Below are positions 23,294 through 32,838 of a stretch of DNA of 64,000 nt, one piece after another. The notes under the pieces were generated by a model, which did not search any database, was not told the DNA's origin, and worked only from the letters and a program-made list of their open reading frames with translations. The stretch covers positions 4,017-68,016 of the IMG/VR virus record IMGVR_UViG_3300005680_000007; one strand, 5' to 3'. How positions within the stretch are numbered: the stretch's first letter is position 1; each line of letters begins with the position of its first letter. Source of the stretch: a virus. Both the position numbers and the translations under genes were made by a program.

Positions 23294-24821
23294 CGCCGAC
23301 AAGCTGCGGGCAGCCCAATCGCGACGCGGCGGTCTCATCGAATTTGTCAGGCATTTTTGGGCAACGCTCGAGCCGCAGACCGAGTTTGTGGACGGGTGGC
23401 CGCTGCGGGCCATTTGCGAGCATCTCGAGGCGGTGACGTTCGGGGAGATCAACCGGCTCCTGATGAACGTGCCGCCGGGCTTCATGAAATCGCTGCTGAC
23501 GGACGTGTTCTGGCCGGCGTGGATGTGGGGGCCGATGAACCTGCCTCACAAGCGGTTCGTGACGTTCTCGTATTCGGCCGCGCTGACCGAGCGCGATAAC
23601 CGCCGGATGCTGGCGCTGATTATGTCCCCCGACTTCCAGGTTCTGTGGGGTGAGCGCTTCGGCCTGATGAAGAAGGGCGAAACCCTCGTATCCAACGACA
23701 AGACGGGGTGGAAACTGGCCTCGTCGGTCGGCGGCGTCGGCACTGGCGAGCGCGGCGACGTGGTGGTCGCGGATGACTTGCACAACGTGAAGGAGGCGGA
23801 ATCCGATCAGGTTCGGACCGAGACCGTGCGCTGGTTCCAGGAGGCCGCAGAAAACCGGCTCAACGACCTGAAGAAATCGGCAATCGTGGTCATCATGCAG
23901 CGCGTGCATGAGGCTGATGTCGCAGGCGCTATCATCAAATCGGGCGGATACGTCCACCTGATGATCCCGATGGAATTCGAGCCTGCGCGCGCCTGCAAGA
24001 CCAAGATCGGTTGGAAGGACCCCCGAACCGAAGACGGGCAGCTGGCTTGGCCAGAGCGGTTTGCCGAGGCGGAAATCCTCACGTTCAAGCGTCGTGCATA
24101 TCTCTGGGCTGGCCAGTATATGCAGCGCCCGGAGCCGCGCGGTGGCGGCATCTTCAAGCGCCACTGGTGGAAGAACTGGAACGACGAGACCTGCGTTCAA
24201 TTCGGGGTAAAGCCGGGGCATCTGCCCAGCTTCTCCTATATGCTTGGCGTGCTGGACACGGCCTATACCGAGAAGGACGAGAACGATCCGTCGGCGATGA
24301 CGGTCTGGGGCGTGTTCTCGGATCCGCGTGGCGCGCCGAACGTCATGCTGGTGCATTCCTGGGAGGAATGGCTGGAATTCAACCCGCTGGTCGAGAAGGC
24401 GGCCAAGGTTGCGAAGGACGTAAAACTGGACCGGCTGCTGATCGAGGCGAAGGCCTCGGGGTTGTCGGTGGCGCAGGAACTGGAGCGCAGGTTCGGCGGC
24501 CGGGGCTTTGCGATCGAGGCTGTCGATCCTGCCAAGGGCGACAAGATCGCGCGGGCCTATGCGCAGACCTACGCCTTCGAGGAAGGTCTGGTCTGGGCGC
24601 CAGGCTATCCTGACGGGCGCTGGCGCAAGCTGAGCGAGCGGGTGATCGACCAGGCCGCGACCTTTCCAAGATCGACGCACAAAGATTTGGTCGACACCAT
24701 GACAATGGGGCTCTGGTATTTGCGGTCGCGTGGACTAATTCTCAGGGCGGAAGAAAAAGCCGCGAGGGACCGCGAGGAAATGATGTTCCGGGGCCGCGCG
24801 CGGAAGCTTTACGATGCATGA
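23199..24821 (+). CDS. terL: Terminase large subunit
   Basis: 540 aa. Walker-A-like NVPPGFMKSLL, then VVVADDLHN and IVVIMQRVHEADV. The start is uncertain because of the 95-nt overlap with terS. Confidence 0.8.
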   Translation: MTSLANSEQSLDHLPSLAEVEAEIRRRETSRNADKLRAAQSRRGGLIEFVRHFWATLEPQTEFVDGWPLRAICEHLEAVTFGEINRLLMNVPPGFMKSLLTDVFWPAWMWGPMNLPHKRFVTFSYSAALTERDNRRMLALIMSPDFQVLWGERFGLMKKGETLVSNDKTGWKLASSVGGVGTGERGDVVVADDLHNVKEAESDQVRTETVRWFQEAAENRLNDLKKSAIVVIMQRVHEADVAGAIIKSGGYVHLMIPMEFEPARACKTKIGWKDPRTEDGQLAWPERFAEAEILTFKRRAYLWAGQYMQRPEPRGGGIFKRHWWKNWNDETCVQFGVKPGHLPSFSYMLGVLDTAYTEKDENDPSAMTVWGVFSDPRGAPNVMLVHSWEEWLEFNPLVEKAAKVAKDVKLDRLLIEAKASGLSVAQELERRFGGRGFAIEAVDPAKGDKIARAYAQTYAFEEGLVWAPGYPDGRWRKLSERVIDQAATFPRSTHKDLVDTMTMGLWYLRSRGLILRAEEKAARDREEMMFRGRARKLYDA

Positions 24822-25021
24822 AGCACACCACGGTCAATGTCGGTAAGCGGGCTTTCGTCCGCCTCAAAGACGGAACCACCTTCACTGATCGCGTGGAAGC
24901 CCTGACGGATAGGTTCGTTGTGTTCCAGTTGCGCGGGCGGGTGCAAAAGAACGCGATGCGATCGATGTCGATCAACCAGAATTTGCCGGGCGTTCGGTTG
25001 CTCCGGCCGGGGCGCGGGTGA
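24818..25021 (+). CDS. Hypothetical small protein
   Basis: 67-aa ORF, ATGA overlap with terL. Confidence 0.45.
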   Translation: MKHTTVNVGKRAFVRLKDGTTFTDRVEALTDRFVVFQLRGRVQKNAMRSMSINQNLPGVRLLRPGRG

Positions 25022-25141
25022 ACCCGGCTTTCAGAAATGCCGCCTCGTGAGAACGTCCGGTCCGGGTGAAAACCCGGCTTCATCTTGGACACGTCAAGGC
25101 GGCAGTCCCGCGAGTTTCTTTCCAACAAACGGAGATGCGTT

Positions 25142-25441
25142 ATGGCTTTCGGTCAAGTCGGTCAGGTTACGGGCACTGCGCTGCAGGGGCTGCAGGGCAT
25201 GGCGGTGGGTGCGCCAGTCAAGGAGATCGGCTTCCTGCAGCGGGCCGAGGGTCTGAGCAGCGGCCTCATGGAATTGCACGAGCGGCTGGAGCGCCTGTCC
25301 GCCAAGATCAACAGCCATCCGGTCGCCGACGACAAGGCGCGCAATGCTATTGCGGGCGGCCTCGACGGTTCGCTCACGGCGGCAGAAGGTGCGCTGCGCG
25401 CGTGCTTCGACGCCATCACCAGGATCGACGGCCAGTTCTGA
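25142..25441 (+). CDS. Hypothetical protein
   Basis: 99 aa from ATG 25142 (MAFGQVGQVTG...), preceded by ACGGAG. Confidence 0.5.
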   Translation: MAFGQVGQVTGTALQGLQGMAVGAPVKEIGFLQRAEGLSSGLMELHERLERLSAKINSHPVADDKARNAIAGGLDGSLTAAEGALRACFDAITRIDGQF

Positions 25442-25449
25442 GCGCCATC

Positions 25450-25797
25450 ATGTCCAGTCCCGCAAAGCCCGTGATGCAGCTTCGCCCCGGCGAGTGGAAG
25501 CAGAACGCGCTGTTCAATCTCGCCGGCATTCAGAATTACGTGCTGAGCATCCCGGATCAGGTGGAGTCCGGTGCGGCGGGCATTCAGCCCGAGCACCTGG
25601 CGCTGATCGACGCGGAGATTGAGCGCGTGCGTCTGTTCCTGCGGTCGTGGCAGCGCTCGCGGTTCGATGTGCCGAGCGCCGAGCCGGCGCAGGAGCCGCA
25701 TGCCGGCAACGGCGCAGCCGAGCCGAAGCGCAAGGGCGGCTGGCCGAAGGGCAAGAGCCGCAAGGTCAAGATCGCGCCCGGCGAGAGCGTCGTATGA
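25450..25797 (+). CDS. Hypothetical protein
   Basis: 115 aa from ATG 25450 (MSSPAKPVMQLRPGEWKQN...). Confidence 0.5.
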   Translation: MSSPAKPVMQLRPGEWKQNALFNLAGIQNYVLSIPDQVESGAAGIQPEHLALIDAEIERVRLFLRSWQRSRFDVPSAEPAQEPHAGNGAAEPKRKGGWPKGKSRKVKIAPGESVV

Positions 25798-25973
25798 CAG
25801 TCGACGTCGGCCACATGCAATCGGTCGTTCGGCAACTGCTGGAGCGCCAGCGCGCCGAGAAGATCGATCGGCTGTTCCGCCGTCCCCCGAATTTCCGGCG
25901 TGCCGCCCTGTCGTCCGCCTCGCTGATCGCGATCCGCGCGCGCGACATGGTGAAGACCGCGGGGTTGCCATGA
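25794..25973 (+). CDS. Hypothetical small protein
   Basis: 59 aa from ATG 25794 (ATGA overlap). Confidence 0.4.
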   Translation: MTVDVGHMQSVVRQLLERQRAEKIDRLFRRPPNFRRAALSSASLIAIRARDMVKTAGLP

Positions 25974-26464
25974 CCATAACGCTGGAGCGTCTGAAAGAAC
26001 TGGTGGAATACAGCCCCGAGACGGGGCTTTTTCTTTGGCGCGTTCAGATGAATTCGGCTGCGCCGGTTGGGTCGATCGCGGGAACAGTACGCCCCGACGG
26101 GTATCGTGGCATTCGCATTGATAAGCGTCACTACTTTGCACATCGCCTCGCGTGGTTTTACGTCCATGGTGAATGGCCCGCGCTTTATCTGGATCACATC
26201 AATTGCGATCGTGCAGACAATCGAATTAAGAATTTGCGGGTCGCGACGCGATCTCAAAATCACGCTAACGTCGGAAGGCGAAGCCACAATACTTCCGGGT
26301 TCAAGGGCGTGACTTGGCACAAGCGCGACCGTCACTGGCGCTCCCAAATCAAGCACGCTGGCACATTGCATCATTTGGGGAGTTTCTCGGACCCGGCCTT
26401 AGCTCACGAAGCTTATTGCCGCGCAGCACGTCAGCTTTTCGGTAAGTTTGCCCGCGCCGGTTAA
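25970..26464 (+). CDS. HNH + AP2-domain homing-type endonuclease
   Basis: 164 aa. YFAHRLAWFYVHGEWPALYLDHINCDRADNRIKNLRVATRSQN, then NTSGFKGVTWHKRDRHWRSQI. Paralogue of 62045-62554. Confidence 0.75.
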   Translation: MTITLERLKELVEYSPETGLFLWRVQMNSAAPVGSIAGTVRPDGYRGIRIDKRHYFAHRLAWFYVHGEWPALYLDHINCDRADNRIKNLRVATRSQNHANVGRRSHNTSGFKGVTWHKRDRHWRSQIKHAGTLHHLGSFSDPALAHEAYCRAARQLFGKFARAG

Positions 26465-28928
26465 CGCATTGGCCAGTCCATTTCAAAATGTGCTGCGGAT
26501 GCCGCAGCCCGAACCAGAGCCCTTGCCGCCCCCGGCGATCGTGGACCTGCTCGAGGACGGCCCGTCGTCAATGCTCGACGAAGGCGCGCTGGTGATCGAG
26601 ACCGAGGATGGCGGCGTCATCGTCGATCTGGACCCGAAGCCTGAGCCGAAGCAGCGGTCCGACCGGTTCGATGCCAATCTCGCGGAGGAACTGGACGAAG
26701 CAACGCTCGCCATCATCGCCGACGAATTGCTGACCGGGATCGAGGCGGACGACCAGTCCCGCGCCGAATGGCTCGCGACCCATGCCGCGGGCATCAAACT
26801 TCTCGGCCTGACCATCGACGAGCCCTCGGCGACCTCGGGCGAAAGCTCGGCGCCGCTGGAAGGCATGTCCAATGCCCGGCATCCGCTCCTGCTCGAGGCG
26901 GTGCTGATGTTCCAGGCCAATGCTCGGGGCGAATTGCTCCCGGCCGCGGGCCCGGTGAAGGTGCGGGACGACCGGCCGCAGAAGCCTGCCGAGCCGCCGC
27001 AGATGGGCCACAACGGCGGTCCGCCGCTGGACGATGCTGGCATGGCCGACGCTGGCGCCCCGCCGATGCCGGCGCCAATGGCCGGCGGTGCCGCTGTGCC
27101 GCCGCCTCCCGTGCCGCAAATCCCTCCGCAGCCCTCCATGGTCCCCGGCGTCCCGATGCCCGGCACAGGCCCGCAGGAGGACAAGCGCGACGAACTCGCC
27201 GATGCGCTGGAAAAGGACTTCAACCACTTCCTGACCGTCACGGCGAAGGAATACGTGCCCGATACCGACCGGATGCTGTTCTCCGTCGGCTTCGGCGGGC
27301 AGGGCATCAAGAAGGTCTATAACTGCCCGATCCGGCGCCGGCCGGTCTCCGAGTCCGTGCCGATGGAGGACTTCATCGTCTCCAATGCGCTGACCGATCT
27401 GGGCAACGCCCAGCGGATCACGCACCGGATCAAGATGAAGCCCTCGACCATGAAGCGGATGCAGCTTCTCGGGGCCTATCGCGACGTCGCGCTCGGGCAG
27501 CCGGCGCCGGACAGCGACGTCAATGCGGTCGACCAGGCCAAGGCCGAAGTCACGGGCGTCGCGCCGGCTCCGACCGATCCGAAGGACGCCGATTACGAGC
27601 TCTACGAGGTCTGCTGCGAACTGGACCTCGAGGATTACGCCCCCGAGCAATTCAAGGGGAAGGGTCTCGCGCTTCCGTATCGCGTCACGATCGAGAAGGA
27701 CAGCCGGCAGGTCCTGCAGATCGTCCGGAACTGGAAGGAAGACGACGAACAGTGCCTGCCGAAGCAGTATTTCGTGGAATATCCCTACACCAAGGCGTTC
27801 GGTTTCTACGGCATCGGGCTCCTGCACATCGTCGGCAACCTCGCCAAGGCGCTGACCGCGATGATGCGGATCAGCATCGATAACGGCATGTTCTCGAATT
27901 TCCCCGGCTTCCTCTATGCCAAAGGCGCCGGGCGGCAATTGACCAACGAATTCAGGGTGCCTCCGGGCTCCGGCGTCGGCCTCGATGTCGGGCTGGCAAA
28001 ACTGCAGGACGCCGTGATGGCGCTGCCGTACAAGGAATTCTCGCAGGCCTGGGCGATGTTCCAGAACCAGCTTGCGGAATTGGGCCAGCGCGTCGGCGGC
28101 ACCGCGAATATCCAGGTCGGTGAGGGCAAGCAGGACGCGCCGGTCGGAACCACGCTCGCGCTGATCGAGCAGGCGACCAAGCCCACCGGCGCGGCACTGA
28201 AACGGCTGCATACCGCGCAGAGCACGGAATTCCAGTTGCTGCGGGAGCGCTTCCTCGAGGATCCGGAGGCGTTCTGGCGCTTCAACCGGCGCCCGGCCCG
28301 GCAATGGCAGGCCGAGCAATTCGTCAAGGCGCTGAACGATTTCGACCTCGTGCCGGTGTCCGACCCGAACAATCCGACCAAGCTTCACCGGGCGGCCCGC
28401 ACCGCGGCGCTGCAGACCTACGACCAGCAGAACCCAGGCCTTCTCGACAAGCGCAAGGTCTGGGAGCGGGTTGCGGCCGCGCTCGACGAGCCGAACCCGC
28501 AGGAATTGCTGGCGCCGCCGATGCCGCCGCAGGCCCCGCCGGTCGACCAGGGCAAACTGGCGATGGCTCAGGCCAAGACGCAAGGCGATCAACTGCGGGC
28601 GCAGACCGAAATACAGAAAGCCCAATTGGGAGCGCAGGAAGCCGCCGCCAGCCGCGATGCTCGCATCCGCGAATTGGAAATGAAGATCGAACTGGAGCAG
28701 TTGAAGGCGGACGCTAAGAGGGAAGCCGAGCAATTGCGGATAGCCGGGCAATTGGCGGTCGCGTCCGAAAAGGCCGAGCAGGCGGACCATCACAAGGCCG
28801 CGGAGATCGCCTCGCGGATGGAGAACAGCGCCGAGGACCGCGCGCATCGCGAGCGCATCGCGGAGGCGAACAACAAGGCGCGTATCGACGCCGTGAAGGC
28901 GAGACCGAAACCGAAAGGTGGGAAGTGA
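26448..28928 (+). CDS. Portal protein (large, with C-terminal coiled-coil extension)
   Basis: 826 aa. Sits after terL, is large, and has a long helical Q/A/E/K-rich tail. Start uncertain (TTG 26448 or ATG 26499). Confidence 0.65.
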   Translation: MPAPVNALASPFQNVLRMPQPEPEPLPPPAIVDLLEDGPSSMLDEGALVIETEDGGVIVDLDPKPEPKQRSDRFDANLAEELDEATLAIIADELLTGIEADDQSRAEWLATHAAGIKLLGLTIDEPSATSGESSAPLEGMSNARHPLLLEAVLMFQANARGELLPAAGPVKVRDDRPQKPAEPPQMGHNGGPPLDDAGMADAGAPPMPAPMAGGAAVPPPPVPQIPPQPSMVPGVPMPGTGPQEDKRDELADALEKDFNHFLTVTAKEYVPDTDRMLFSVGFGGQGIKKVYNCPIRRRPVSESVPMEDFIVSNALTDLGNAQRITHRIKMKPSTMKRMQLLGAYRDVALGQPAPDSDVNAVDQAKAEVTGVAPAPTDPKDADYELYEVCCELDLEDYAPEQFKGKGLALPYRVTIEKDSRQVLQIVRNWKEDDEQCLPKQYFVEYPYTKAFGFYGIGLLHIVGNLAKALTAMMRISIDNGMFSNFPGFLYAKGAGRQLTNEFRVPPGSGVGLDVGLAKLQDAVMALPYKEFSQAWAMFQNQLAELGQRVGGTANIQVGEGKQDAPVGTTLALIEQATKPTGAALKRLHTAQSTEFQLLRERFLEDPEAFWRFNRRPARQWQAEQFVKALNDFDLVPVSDPNNPTKLHRAARTAALQTYDQQNPGLLDKRKVWERVAAALDEPNPQELLAPPMPPQAPPVDQGKLAMAQAKTQGDQLRAQTEIQKAQLGAQEAAASRDARIRELEMKIELEQLKADAKREAEQLRIAGQLAVASEKAEQADHHKAAEIASRMENSAEDRAHRERIAEANNKARIDAVKARPKPKGGK

Positions 28929-29143
28929 TGCCGAAATATACCGACGAGTCCGCGCGCGGCCGGCGCTTTGCCGACAGCATGAAGCGCCCCGAAAAGCTCT
29001 ACGGCAACGACGGCCCGGCCTCGGCCAAGGCTCCGAAGGTCGATGCCTCGGTTCAACTCGGCCCGCTGCAAGGCGAGCCGCGCCGCTGCGTCCCCGTCAA
29101 CTCGCCGGCCTATACCGGCAAATTCCCGGGATATGCGAAATGA
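28928..29143 (+). CDS. Hypothetical small protein
   Basis: ATG 28928 follows GGTGGGAAG. The track starts at GTG 28925. Confidence 0.45.
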   Translation: MPKYTDESARGRRFADSMKRPEKLYGNDGPASAKAPKVDASVQLGPLQGEPRRCVPVNSPAYTGKFPGYAK

Positions 29144-29298
29144 AACAGCCAAAATACGTCGGCGAGTCCATGAAGGCCTCGAAATCCGCCCGCAACGAGA
29201 CCGGATCGGCGCACAAGTATCCGAGCATCAAGCATGGCGGCGCCGCGTCCGGCGTCGGCCGCCTCGCCAAGACCAAGGCCTACGGCAAGAAGGCGTGA
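29140..29298 (+). CDS. Hypothetical small basic protein
   Basis: 52 aa (MKQPKYVGESMKASKSARNE...), ATGA overlap. Confidence 0.4.
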   Translation: MKQPKYVGESMKASKSARNETGSAHKYPSIKHGGAASGVGRLAKTKAYGKKA

Positions 29299-29522
29299 CG
29301 GTCCTGACCATTCTCGCGGTCGATCTCAAGATCGGCCTTGTCCATTTCGACCGCTGCGACGCCAAGATCGACACCATGCTGGACGTGGACGGGGAGGAGA
29401 CCTCCGACCCGGCAATGGCCTGCTACGTGGTCGCGAAGGTTCCGGACGAATTCCCGGTGCGCGGCGGCCAGTGGGTGAACGTCACGGTCGATGCGGTGCC
29501 GTCGCGTCCGACGAGGCATTGA
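29295..29522 (+). CDS. Hypothetical small protein
   Basis: GTG start in a GTGA overlap. 75 aa. Confidence 0.4.
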   Translation: MTVLTILAVDLKIGLVHFDRCDAKIDTMLDVDGEETSDPAMACYVVAKVPDEFPVRGGQWVNVTVDAVPSRPTRH

Positions 29523-29794
29523 TGGCGGAAATTCATGTTTTGCCGGGTGTGGAGCGCCGGGATCTGCTGGGCGTTCTGCCGGCCGAGGAATTGCTTCAAA
29601 AGGCGATCGATCAGGGGATCACCGACGTGGTGATCGTCGGCCGCGACCGTGCGGGAAACCCCTATGTCGCGTCCTGCCTCTCGGATGTTGATCGTGCGGT
29701 CGGCCGATTGATGTATGCGGCGACATTCCTCGCCCAGGCCACGCTCCACAACGATCAGGTGATCGATACGGACGAGGGGCCGATCGGCGCATGA
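29522..29794 (+). CDS. Hypothetical protein
   Basis: 90 aa from ATG 29522 (MAEIHVLPGVERRD...). Confidence 0.5.
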   Translation: MAEIHVLPGVERRDLLGVLPAEELLQKAIDQGITDVVIVGRDRAGNPYVASCLSDVDRAVGRLMYAATFLAQATLHNDQVIDTDEGPIGA

Positions 29795-29988
29795 GCGTTC
29801 TCGACACCGACCTCGCCGCGAAGCTCACCGAGGACCTCGACAAGATCATCGCCGACGCAATCAATGGCCTCGCCGCCGGCCTGCCCTACGACCAGTACCA
29901 GCAAGCCTGCGGGATGATCGAGGCCTTCAAGCAGGTCCGCTTCTCGCTGATCCCACAAACCCTGTCCGACCTTCAAACCCGGAGATAA
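29791..29988 (+). CDS. Hypothetical small protein
   Basis: 65-aa ORF, ATGA overlap. Confidence 0.45.
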   Translation: MSVLDTDLAAKLTEDLDKIIADAINGLAAGLPYDQYQQACGMIEAFKQVRFSLIPQTLSDLQTRR

Positions 29989-29994
29989 CCGCGT

Positions 29995-30411
29995 ATGCCT
30001 GCTGCGGCCATTTACGACATCGCTGACAGTGACAACCCGAAAGCCGAAATGCTCAAGGCGATCGGCGACCTGTCCGGCTTCGAGCTCGCCGGCGCCCGCG
30101 TGCTGGTGTGGCCCTTCATCCGCTCGCGCAAGACCAAGAGCGGCATTTACCTGACCGACAAGTCGGTGAAGGAGGACCTGTATCAGGGCGCGGTGGGCTA
30201 CGTGCTCAAGGTCGGGCCGCTCGCGTTTCAGGACGACGCCGCGCAGAACATCAATTTCGCGGGCTTCTCCTGCAAGGAAGGCGACTGGGTCACGTTCTCG
30301 CCGGGCGAGGGCAAGCGGCTGCAGGTCAACGGCGTCGATTGCCGGCTGTTCGAGGACTCGCTGATCCAGGCGAAGGTCTCCGATCCCGACACCATCACGC
30401 ACCGCCAGTGA
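29995..30411 (+). CDS. GroES/Cpn10-like co-chaperonin (putative)
   Basis: 138 aa. LAGARVLVWPFIRSRKTKSGIYLTDKSVKEDLYQGAVGYVLKVGP...EGDWVTFSPGEGKRLQVNG follows the GroES pattern (RV.V...KT.GGI.L....G.V.AVG...GD.V.F). Confidence 0.45.
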   Translation: MPAAAIYDIADSDNPKAEMLKAIGDLSGFELAGARVLVWPFIRSRKTKSGIYLTDKSVKEDLYQGAVGYVLKVGPLAFQDDAAQNINFAGFSCKEGDWVTFSPGEGKRLQVNGVDCRLFEDSLIQAKVSDPDTITHRQ

Positions 30412-30418
30412 GGCACCC

Positions 30419-31354
30419 ATGTCCAAGCTGAAGCCGATCAAGGACGAGGCCGAACTGGCCCGTATCCCGCTGGAAGAGCCGGTTCTGGTCGAACTGGAGC
30501 CGGCCGCGAGCGGGGAGGATGTGTCCGCCCGCACCGAAGAGCGCGAGGAGGAGCGGCCCGAGCCCGATGACGGTGCCGGCGCGCCCGACCTTTCCGAGCA
30601 GCTGCGCGCCGCGAACGAGGCCCGCGATCGCGCCGTGCGCGAAGCGGCGGTCGCGCGCGAGGAAGCGGAGCGTCTGCGCGCGTCCAACACCGACACCGAG
30701 AAGGAATTGCTGACCTCCTCGCTCGAAAAGGCGCAGCAGGATCAGGCGACGGCCGAAGCCGAATACAAGTCAGCCTACGAAGCCGGCGACCCGGACGCGA
30801 TGGCCAAGGCGCAGAGCAAGATCGGCCGCGCCGCTGCGCAAATCCTGCATTTCGAGGGCGCGATCGCGAATTTCGATACGGCGCCGAAGCGCCCAGCGAC
30901 CGATGAGCGGGGCGGCGACGTCATCTCGGCAATCGAGCGCGATCCGCAATTGCTGCCGGCCGAAAAGGAATGGCTGAAAAAGCACCCCGAAACGCTGGTG
31001 CAGGGCTCATCGGCTCATGCCGAATTGACCGTCGCCCATAATCGCGCGCTTCGGGCCGGCCACGACCGCGGCACCGACGGCTATTTCAAGTACGTCGACA
31101 AGTTCATGGGCTTCGACAAGTCGTCGGGCCGCTCCGACACCAGCGAAAGGTCCCCCTCCGTGACCGCACCCGTCACTCGCGACGCTCCGTCACACTCCGG
31201 CCGCCCGCTCAAGCCGAGCCAGGTCCAACTCACCCCGGAAGAGCGCCAGATGGCGCGCAATCTCGGCCAGTCGGAAACGGTCTACGCGCGCAACAAGCAA
31301 TTGCTCCAGCAGCGCAAGCAGACCGATCCCGAGCGCTACGCCACGACCCGCTGA
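30419..31354 (+). CDS. Scaffolding-like protein
   Basis: 311 aa, acidic and helical (EAERLRASNTDTEKELLTSSLEKAQQDQATAEAEYK). Lies between portal and capsid. Confidence 0.5.
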   Translation: MSKLKPIKDEAELARIPLEEPVLVELEPAASGEDVSARTEEREEERPEPDDGAGAPDLSEQLRAANEARDRAVREAAVAREEAERLRASNTDTEKELLTSSLEKAQQDQATAEAEYKSAYEAGDPDAMAKAQSKIGRAAAQILHFEGAIANFDTAPKRPATDERGGDVISAIERDPQLLPAEKEWLKKHPETLVQGSSAHAELTVAHNRALRAGHDRGTDGYFKYVDKFMGFDKSSGRSDTSERSPSVTAPVTRDAPSHSGRPLKPSQVQLTPEERQMARNLGQSETVYARNKQLLQQRKQTDPERYATTR

Positions 31355-31365
31355 GGAGCACCGAC

Positions 31366-31908
31366 ATGGCACCCCGCACCGCCCGCACCCCGGTCCGCAC
31401 CGAAACCCAGGAGGCCGAGCCCGCGCGCGAGCCGGTCCGCGCCAAGGTCCGGACCCGCAAGAATGTCGGCAGCCAGAGCCGCTATCACATCCCGCCGGAC
31501 TGGATCCCGGAAGGCATGGACTTCCAGTGGAACATCGACACCGTGCTCGGCAAGCCGGAGACTTTCCAGCGCCGCATGATGGAAGAGCAGGGCTGGGAGC
31601 CGGTCGACCCGAGCCAGGAGCCGTTCAAACATCTCGACGGCCGCATCATGCGCGCCGGCCACAAGGGCGAGATCAACGTCGATGGCCTGGTGCTCATGTA
31701 TCGGCCGCTCGAATTGACGCTGGAAGCCCGCGCCGAGGAATTGCAGGACGCGCGGCGCGCGCGCTATGTGGAAGAGCAGAAGATGGCGGCCGGCCGACCG
31801 GACGGCGTTAATCCGAACATGCTCGACCCGAACCACGGCTCGGCACCGCGGCAGACGTTCTTCCGCAAGAGCCACGAGCGCATCCCCTCGATGCCGGTCC
31901 CGGAGTGA
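31366..31908 (+). CDS. Head-module protein, function unknown
   Basis: 180-aa ORF. Confidence 0.5.
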   Translation: MAPRTARTPVRTETQEAEPAREPVRAKVRTRKNVGSQSRYHIPPDWIPEGMDFQWNIDTVLGKPETFQRRMMEEQGWEPVDPSQEPFKHLDGRIMRAGHKGEINVDGLVLMYRPLELTLEARAEELQDARRARYVEEQKMAAGRPDGVNPNMLDPNHGSAPRQTFFRKSHERIPSMPVPE

Positions 31909-31921
31909 CGGGAACGACATC

Positions 31922-32125
31922 ATGGGACGGCCCTGGCGCCTCGAAGAATGGCAGAAGCAGGCCATCTGCGACGCCATGGAGGCCGGGGAGAAGCGGGAAG
32001 CGATCGCGGCTGAGTTTGGCGTGACGCCGCGCTACACGCGGCTTCTCGCCCGCCGGCGGGGCGTTCGCGAGCGTCCTGCGGGGCGCCCGCGCAAAATACG
32101 GAACACTCTTCTCGAACCGTGTTAG
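31922..32125 (+). CDS. Small HTH protein inside the head module
   Basis: 67 aa from ATG 31922. EAGEKREAIAAEFGVTPRYTRLLARRRG. Confidence 0.5.
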   Translation: MGRPWRLEEWQKQAICDAMEAGEKREAIAAEFGVTPRYTRLLARRRGVRERPAGRPRKIRNTLLEPC

Positions 32126-32224
32126 CCAAGTCCTAAGTGATAGGCACCGCCACGCGCCGTGGTGGTTTTCCGCTGACGAAGATCGCGAGGCTCGCGGTTC
32201 GGTCGGCATAGATGGGAAACCGCT

Positions 32225-32824
32225 ATGGCAAATACCAATGCCCCGAACGGGTTCATGCCTTGGCGCCGCATGGATGGCGGCTCGCCGACCATGGGCCTCG
32301 AAACCCGCAAGATTCTCTCGACCTACAACGTCGCGATCGGTCAGGGCGACCCGGTGATCCCGGTGTCGACCGGCTATATCCAGCGCGCGACCGCCTCGAC
32401 CGTGCAGTTTGTCGGCATCTTCTGGGGCTGCAAATACCTCAACACGTCGGTCGGCCGGGTGGTCTGGTCCAATTACTGGCCGGGCACCGCGCAGGGCTCC
32501 GACGCCGAAGCCTATCTCATCACCGACCCGCAGACGCTGTTCGTCGCGCAGACCCTGAATACCGCGATCACCTTCGCCAATATCGGCGAGAACGTGAACG
32601 TGGCGATCGGCACGCCGAGCTCCGTCACCGGCTTCTCGACCTCCACGGTCGATCAGTCGACCCTCGCCACCACCAACACCCTGCCGTTCCGGGTGTACGG
32701 GCTTCTGTCCGAATACGAGACCACGTCCGGCGCCGTGAACGGCACCGACGATGCCTCGGCCTACAACCGCGTCATCCTCCAGCCCAACAACTGGTCTCGT
32801 CGCCAGCTTGAAGGCATTGCATAG
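32225..32824 (+). CDS. Capsid-associated structural protein (decoration-type position)
   Basis: 199-aa ORF directly upstream of the capsid gene, with Thr/Ser/Asn/Gly-rich beta-type composition. Confidence 0.45.
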   Translation: MANTNAPNGFMPWRRMDGGSPTMGLETRKILSTYNVAIGQGDPVIPVSTGYIQRATASTVQFVGIFWGCKYLNTSVGRVVWSNYWPGTAQGSDAEAYLITDPQTLFVAQTLNTAITFANIGENVNVAIGTPSSVTGFSTSTVDQSTLATTNTLPFRVYGLLSEYETTSGAVNGTDDASAYNRVILQPNNWSRRQLEGIA

Positions 32825-32838
32825 CGAGGAGATGACAG

